From Candidatus Eiseniibacteriota bacterium (lineage in GTDB: Bacteria; Eisenbacteria; RBG-16-71-46): a DNA stretch of 64,000 nt. Both the position numbers and the translations under genes were made by a program. The stretch is taken from assembly GCA_963717935.1 (NCBI GenBank), contig CAVQXP010000004.1, forward strand, positions 1,504,001 through 1,568,000, read 5' to 3'. The notes beneath the pieces were generated by a model. That model worked only from the letters and a program-made list of their open reading frames with translations, made no database searches and was not told where the DNA came from. Each line of letters opens with the position of its first letter. Position 1 is the first letter of the stretch. Below are positions 59,209-64,000 of this stretch, one piece after another.

Positions 59209-60563
59209 ATGAGCCGGACCAAGATCCCCTGGACGAACGCGACATGCCGCGCCAGTGGTACAACATCCAGGCCGACCTGCCGAAGCCGCTGCCGCCCGTG
59301 CTGCACCCCGGGACCCGGCAGCCCATCGGCCCCGGCGACCTGGCGCCCCTCTTCCCGATGGGACTGATCCTGCAGGAGGTCAGCCAGGAGCGGTACGTGG
59401 ACATCCCGGACGAGGTGCTGGACATCTACCGCATCTGGCGCCCCACGCCGCTGGTGCGCGCCCGCCGTCTCGAGAAGGCGCTCGGCACCCCCGCGCACAT
59501 CTACTACAAGTGGGAGGGCGTGAGCCCCGCCGGGAGCCACAAGCCCAACACCGCGGTGCCGCAGGCCTACTACAACAAGGTCGAGGGCGTGAAGCGCCTC
59601 ACCACCGAGACCGGCGCCGGGCAGTGGGGCAGCGCGCTCGCGTTCGCCTGCAGCCTGTTCGAGATGGAGTGCAAGGTCTACATGGTGCGCGTGAGCTACG
59701 ACCAGAAGCCCTACCGCCGGCTGCTCATGGAGGCCTGGGGAGCGTCCTGCATCTCGAGCCCGAGCGAGCAGACCGGCGTCGGCCGGGCCATCCTGGCGCA
59801 CGAGCCCGATTCGGCCGGCTCGCTGGGGATCGCCATCAGCGAGGCGGTCGAGGAGGCCGGCTCGCGCGCGGATACCAACTACTCGCTGGGCAGCGTGCTG
59901 AATCACGTCATGCTGCACCAGACCGTCATCGGCCTCGAGACCCAGCGGCAGCTCGAGCTGGCGGGCGAGTACCCCGACGTGGTCATCGGCTGCGTCGGCG
60001 GCGGCTCGAACTTCGCCGGGCTGGCGCTGCCGTTCGTGCGGGACAAGATCACCGCGGGGAAGCAGACGCGCATCGTGGCGGTGGAGCCGGCCGCCTGCCC
60101 GAGCCTGACCCGGGGACTCTACCGGTACGACTTCGGCGACTCGGCCGGCCTGACCCCGCTGCTGAAGATGCACACGCTGGGGCACGATTTCATGCCGCCG
60201 CCGATCCACGCCGGCGGACTGCGCTATCACGGCATGGCTCCCATCCTCTGCCACCTGTACGACCTCGGCCTGATCGAAGCGGAGGCCCACCAGCAGACCG
60301 CGGTGTTCCAGTCGGCGGTGCTCTTCGCGCGCACCGAGGGACACCTGCCGGCGCCGGAGACGGCGCACGCCATCCACGCGGCGGTCGAGGAGGCGCGGCG
60401 CTGCCGGGAACGCGGCGAGGCGAAGACCATCGTGTTCGGCGCCAGCGGCCACGGGCACTTCGACCTGGTCTCGTACCAGAAGTACTTCGCCGGGGAGCTC
60501 ACCGATCACGAGTACCCGGAGGAGCTGATCCGCGAGGCCCAGGCTTCGCTGCCGGTGGTCTGA
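59209..60563 (+). CDS. trpB2: TrpB2-type (stand-alone) tryptophan synthase beta subunit; probable 1-nt deletion near 59227
   Basis: [74 protein letters not shown] at 59209 is out of frame by one base at a C run. Confidence 0.92.
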
Positions 60564-60604
60564 GATACCGAGGAGGAGGTCGGCGGACCCGGGCGACGGG
60601 TCTC

Positions 60605-61507
60605 TCATCCCAGGTACGCGCCCAGCCCGCCGCGCAGCGCGAGCGCGAGTGACAGCGCCAGCGCCAGCGCGCAGAGGGCCCCGAGCACCTGGACCGCGAG
60701 GCCGGGCCGCGGGCCGCCGAGGCGCGCGCTCAGCGGGACCACCGCGCCGATCGCCGCGCCGCTGACCAGACCTGCGGCGTGGGCGACGTTGTCCGTCCCG
60801 AGCCGCGTGAAGCCCGACACCAGACCCTGCCCGAGCAGGAAGAGGAGTGCCGCGCCGAGCGCCCGGGCACGCCCGGGGGCGAGCCGGTGACGCAGGCGGA
60901 ACGCGCCGACGAGCAGGGCTCCCCCGAGCGCGAAGATCGCGCCCGAGGCGCCGACGCTCAGGCTCAGCCCCGGGCCGTGCTGAGAGGCCCGCCACAGCAG
61001 GCTGCCCAGCGAGGCCGCGGTGCCGCCGAGCGCGAACACGATCCAGAAGGCCCAGCGCGTGAAGATGCGCTCGACCGCCGGGCCGAAGATCAGCATGCTC
61101 GTGGCGTTGAAGAAGACGTGTGCGGCCCCCGCGTGCACGAACGTCGAGGCCAGCAGCCGCCAGGCGGTGTCGAGCGGCGTGAGTCCGGTGGCGTTCGCGC
61201 CCCAGAGAAGATAGGCGGTCGTGTCGCCGATCTCGTGCCGGGCCGCCAGCAGGGCGAAGATCGCGGCCCACGCGAACAGATGCAGGCCGGTGCCCCAGGG
61301 AGGCACGTCGCCCACGGCCGACCACAACTCGACCGGCGGCAGCTCATCCGGGTCGGGGGGCAGGAAGCCCGCGCTCTCGAATCCGGCAGACCCGTACCCG
61401 GCGGGCTCGAGGGGATCACGGGGATCGGTCTCCACGCGGCGCACTCTGCGCCCAGGCGCGGAGGCGGGCAAGCCGGGCGCAGGTCGCGCCCGTGGCGCCT
61501 GATTCAC
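60605..61507 (-). CDS. Rhomboid family intramembrane serine protease
   Basis: WRLL...F.H....H..FN, VGASGAIF, AH..G...G. Confidence 0.88.
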   Translation of the reverse strand: MNQAPRARPAPGLPASAPGRRVRRVETDPRDPLEPAGYGSAGFESAGFLPPDPDELPPVELWSAVGDVPPWGTGLHLFAWAAIFALLAARHEIGDTTAYLLWGANATGLTPLDTAWRLLASTFVHAGAAHVFFNATSMLIFGPAVERIFTRWAFWIVFALGGTAASLGSLLWRASQHGPGLSLSVGASGAIFALGGALLVGAFRLRHRLAPGRARALGAALLFLLGQGLVSGFTRLGTDNVAHAAGLVSGAAIGAVVPLSARLGGPRPGLAVQVLGALCALALALSLALALRGGLGAYLG

Positions 61508-61614
61508 CGAGGAGGGGGGCGCATGTGGTGGCCGTGAGGGTGGGGGGCGTGCGAGCTAAGATGTTGTGCGGCAGGTAGGTAGGCCTGCAACCCGCCTGCC
61601 GGACCACGTTCTGG

Positions 61615-61643
61615 TTGCCTTCCGGCACCGCATGGCGCATAGT
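61615..61643 (+). promoter_or_regulatory. Putative sigma70 promoter of csp
   Basis: TTGCCT-N17-CATAGT; homologous to 7154-7182. Confidence 0.65.
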
Positions 61644-61648
61644 CACCG

Positions 61649-61781
61649 CGTCTTCGGTTGATTGGGATGTGGGTCAGACGTTTCGATTCCGCCAGGGACA
61701 AAAACCCTGGCGTTTCTGTTAGCCCGCGTCCCGTCATCTGGAGTACCGGTCACTGTGACCGGCCGTCGCCGCCACGTGAAT
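61649..61781 (+). promoter_or_regulatory. Conserved structured 5' leader of csp (paralog of the helicase leader)
   Basis: Hairpin CGCCAGGG-acaaaaa-CCCTGGCG followed by TTTCTGTT; hairpin CCGGTCA-ctg-TGACCGG; aligns with 7017-7148 minus strand. Confidence 0.8.
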
Positions 61782-61828
61782 GGGCGGCAAAGAACAGGGT
61801 CCTCGGACCCGGCATCAAGGAGTTTCAA

Positions 61829-62029
61829 GTGGCTCGTGGCACGGTGAAGTGGTTCAACGAAGCGAAGGGGTTCGGATTCATCTCCCAGGAGGGTGGCGAG
61901 GACGTGTTCGTGCACTTCTCGGCCATCAGCGGCGACGGTTTCAAGACGCTCGCCGAGGGTGAGGCGCTGGAGTTCGACGTCACGCGGGGCCCGAAGGGCC
62001 TGCAGGCGGCGAACGTCCGCAAAGTCTAG
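61829..62029 (+). CDS. Cold-shock protein (CspA family)
   Basis: GTVKWFN..KGFGFI (RNP1), DVFVHFSAI (RNP2), GPKG.QA.NV; GTG start after AAGGAG. Confidence 0.97.
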   Translation: MARGTVKWFNEAKGFGFISQEGGEDVFVHFSAISGDGFKTLAEGEALEFDVTRGPKGLQAANVRKV

Positions 62030-62057
62030 TCCGCTCCGGGTACCACTTCACGCCAGC

Positions 62058-62085
62058 GAGGCGGCGTCCGTCAGGACGCCGCCTC
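62058..62085 (+). terminator. Hairpin downstream of csp
   Basis: GAGGCGGCGTCC-gtca-GGACGCCGCCTC, perfect 12-bp stem. Confidence 0.6.
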
Positions 62086-62216
62086 AGGCGTTTCAGGGCC
62101 GGGAGCCCGGCCTGCGCCTTTCGGCGCCTTCGTCGTGTTATTCTGGCGGACGCCTTCGGCGCGCAACACGTGAAACGAGCGAAAGCCGCGGACCAGGAAC
62201 CGACCCGGAGCCGACG

Positions 62217-63374
62217 ATGAGCGAGCGACTGAGCGCCACCGATTTGATCGCGCTGATCCGACGTGTGTTCCGCCCCACCGCAGACGACGTGCGCCTCGGG
62301 ATCCTGGTGGATCTGCCCGATGGCCGCGTCGCCGACCGTCCGGAGTGGAAGGAGCGGCGACGGATGGCCGCCGACTGGGCTGGCCAGTTGCAGCAGCACC
62401 GTGACCAGCTCGGGCTCGACGTGAGCCTCGTGCTCTACCGCAACGTGGGGATGGGCAATGCGGACCTCCCGGCCCAGGTGTGGATCGGCTCGCCCACGGC
62501 CGTCCCCGACACGGCGGATGCGCTCGAGCCGGCCGCGGCCGTGCCCCTGGAACAGGTGCTGGGCAGCCACTCCCTGCTGCTGGCCCCGACCGAGTTCTCC
62601 GCCACCGCGCCGCTCAAGCTGCTGGCGAGGACGCACCGCTTCCGCGCGGCGACCATGCCCGGGTTCACGGCCGAGATGATCCCGGCCCTGCGGCTGGACT
62701 ACGGCGAGGTCCGGCGCCGGGTGGCGATCATGAAGACGTTGCTGGACCGCGCGACGCGGGCGACGATCGCCTTCGAAGTGGACGGCCGGGACGCGCACAC
62801 GCTGGTGCTCGACCTGCGGCACCGTCAGGCGCACGCCTCGGACGGGATCCTCGAGACGCCGGGCATCGCGGGGAACCTCCCCTCGGGCGAGGCCTACATC
62901 GTCCCCTACGAAGGTGAGCTGCCCGGGGTGCCCAGCGAGTCGGCGGGACGACTGCCGGTGCAGTTCGGTGCGGACGTGGTGGTCTTCGAGATCGAAGCGA
63001 ACCAGGCCGTGCGCGTGACGGGCGAGGGCAAGGCCGCTGCGGAGCAGGCGGCGTGGCTCGCCGCCGAGCCGGCGTACGGCAACCTGGCCGAGCTGGGGCT
63101 CGGGGTGCTGGCCGACCTCGGGGTCCAGCCCACGGGGGAGATCCTGCTGGACGAGAAGCTGGGGTTGCACGTCGCCTTCGGACGCAGCGACCACTTCGGT
63201 GGCCAGGTGGGCGCGGCGCGGTTCTCGAAGCCGGAGGCCGTCGTGCACATCGATCGCATCTACCTGCCGGGCCTGCAGCCGCGCATCGTCCCGCGCGCGG
63301 TCGACCTGCTCGACGAGGACGGCCGCACGGTCGCGCTGATGCGCGACGGCGTGTACGCGCCCGGGTTGCTCTGA
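62217..63374 (+). CDS. Aminopeptidase T/M29-like metallopeptidase family protein
   Basis: GNLPSGEAYIVP, AELGLG, LLDEK.G.HVAFG, HID motifs. Confidence 0.65.
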   Translation: MSERLSATDLIALIRRVFRPTADDVRLGILVDLPDGRVADRPEWKERRRMAADWAGQLQQHRDQLGLDVSLVLYRNVGMGNADLPAQVWIGSPTAVPDTADALEPAAAVPLEQVLGSHSLLLAPTEFSATAPLKLLARTHRFRAATMPGFTAEMIPALRLDYGEVRRRVAIMKTLLDRATRATIAFEVDGRDAHTLVLDLRHRQAHASDGILETPGIAGNLPSGEAYIVPYEGELPGVPSESAGRLPVQFGADVVVFEIEANQAVRVTGEGKAAAEQAAWLAAEPAYGNLAELGLGVLADLGVQPTGEILLDEKLGLHVAFGRSDHFGGQVGAARFSKPEAVVHIDRIYLPGLQPRIVPRAVDLLDEDGRTVALMRDGVYAPGLL

Positions 63375-63405
63375 GCCGGGCACAAACGGCGTGAGGGTCG
63401 CTGGC

Positions 63406-64000
63406 ATGAAGTTCTCGAGGCGCTGGCTGGTCGTGGCGGGGGTCGTGTTCATCGTCGTCGTGTCGTGGCGGATCCTGGCGCCCGGCCCCCGCGGGATCGA
63501 GGTCGAGGCCGCCGTCGTCGCGCGCGGTCCGGTCGAGGACGCGGTCACGAACAGCCAGGCGGGCACGGTGAGGTCCCGCCAGCGCTCGCGCCTGGGCGCG
63601 GCGGCCGCGGGCCGCGTCACCGCCATCCTGCGGCGCGAGGGCGCGCGCGTGAGCCGGGGCGAGCTGCTCGTCCAGATCGACGACCTCACGGCGCGCGGCC
63701 AGCTCGAGGTCGCGCGCCGTGACGTCGCCGCGGCGAGGGCGGGCCTGGCGTCGGCCCAGGCCGCGGCCACGCTCGCGCGGAGCGAATTCGAGCGCGCGAG
63801 CCGGCTGTTCCGCGACCGGCTCACCTCCCAGGAGACGATGGACCAGTCGCGTTCGCGCGACCAGTCGGCCGTCGCCGGGCTCGAGGGCGCCCAGGCCCAG
63901 CTCGACCGGGCCCAGGCGGCCCTCCAGCTGACCACGGACGCCTTCGCCACCCTGCGGGTCGTCGCCCCGTTCAACGGCGTGGTCACCCAGCGCTTCGTCG
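63406..64000 (+). CDS. Efflux periplasmic adaptor subunit (HlyD/MacA-like), truncated by the window end; absent from the ORF track
   Basis: MKFSRRWLVVAG..., GRVTAIL.REG.RV.RGELL..ID lipoyl half-motif, helical hairpin, V.APFNGVVT. Confidence 0.85.
   Translation, partial: MKFSRRWLVVAGVVFIVVVSWRILAPGPRGIEVEAAVVARGPVEDAVTNSQAGTVRSRQRSRLGAAAAGRVTAILRREGARVSRGELLVQIDDLTARGQLEVARRDVAAARAGLASAQAAATLARSEFERASRLFRDRLTSQETMDQSRSRDQSAVAGLEGAQAQLDRAQAALQLTTDAFATLRVVAPFNGVVTQRFV

Overview
High-GC, Gram-negative-type bacterial chromosome segment; taxonomy cannot be fixed from this window. Scattered single-base frameshifts without in-frame stops suggest an unpolished long-read assembly. About 50 genes are present. 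They include housekeeping and stress genes (PLP decarboxylase, OYE flavin reductase, PAS hybrid kinase, msrA, DEAD-box helicase, CDF transporter) and a ~14 kb Wzx/Wzy polysaccharide locus with a convergent Wzi-like gene, followed by an LpxR-like gene, an S1 paralog and dcp. Next come a TCA block (aconitase-icd-gltA), a Tat-signal tldD with tldE, pirin, spmAB, an NmrA-like gene and apgM. These are followed by a four-gene non-canonical chaperone/usher-like pilus cassette bounded by diverged 56-bp direct repeats, a trans-sulfuration enzyme divergent from thrC-DUF1015, and a czcCBA-type efflux operon headed by a Cys/His-rich leader ORF. The window ends with a two-subunit fumarase, trpB2 under a Trp-attenuator leader, a rhomboid protease, csp, an aminopeptidase-like gene and a truncated efflux adaptor. 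Most notable: (i) a ~165-nt promoter plus structured 5' leader with compensatory base changes shared by the DEAD-box helicase and cold-shock genes 54 kb apart; (ii) the atypical pilus cassette; (iii) a shared sigma28-like promoter motif upstream of both the pilus and polysaccharide operons. No rRNA, tRNA, CRISPR array or transposase was recognised. All calls come from reading the sequence by eye; no searches were run.
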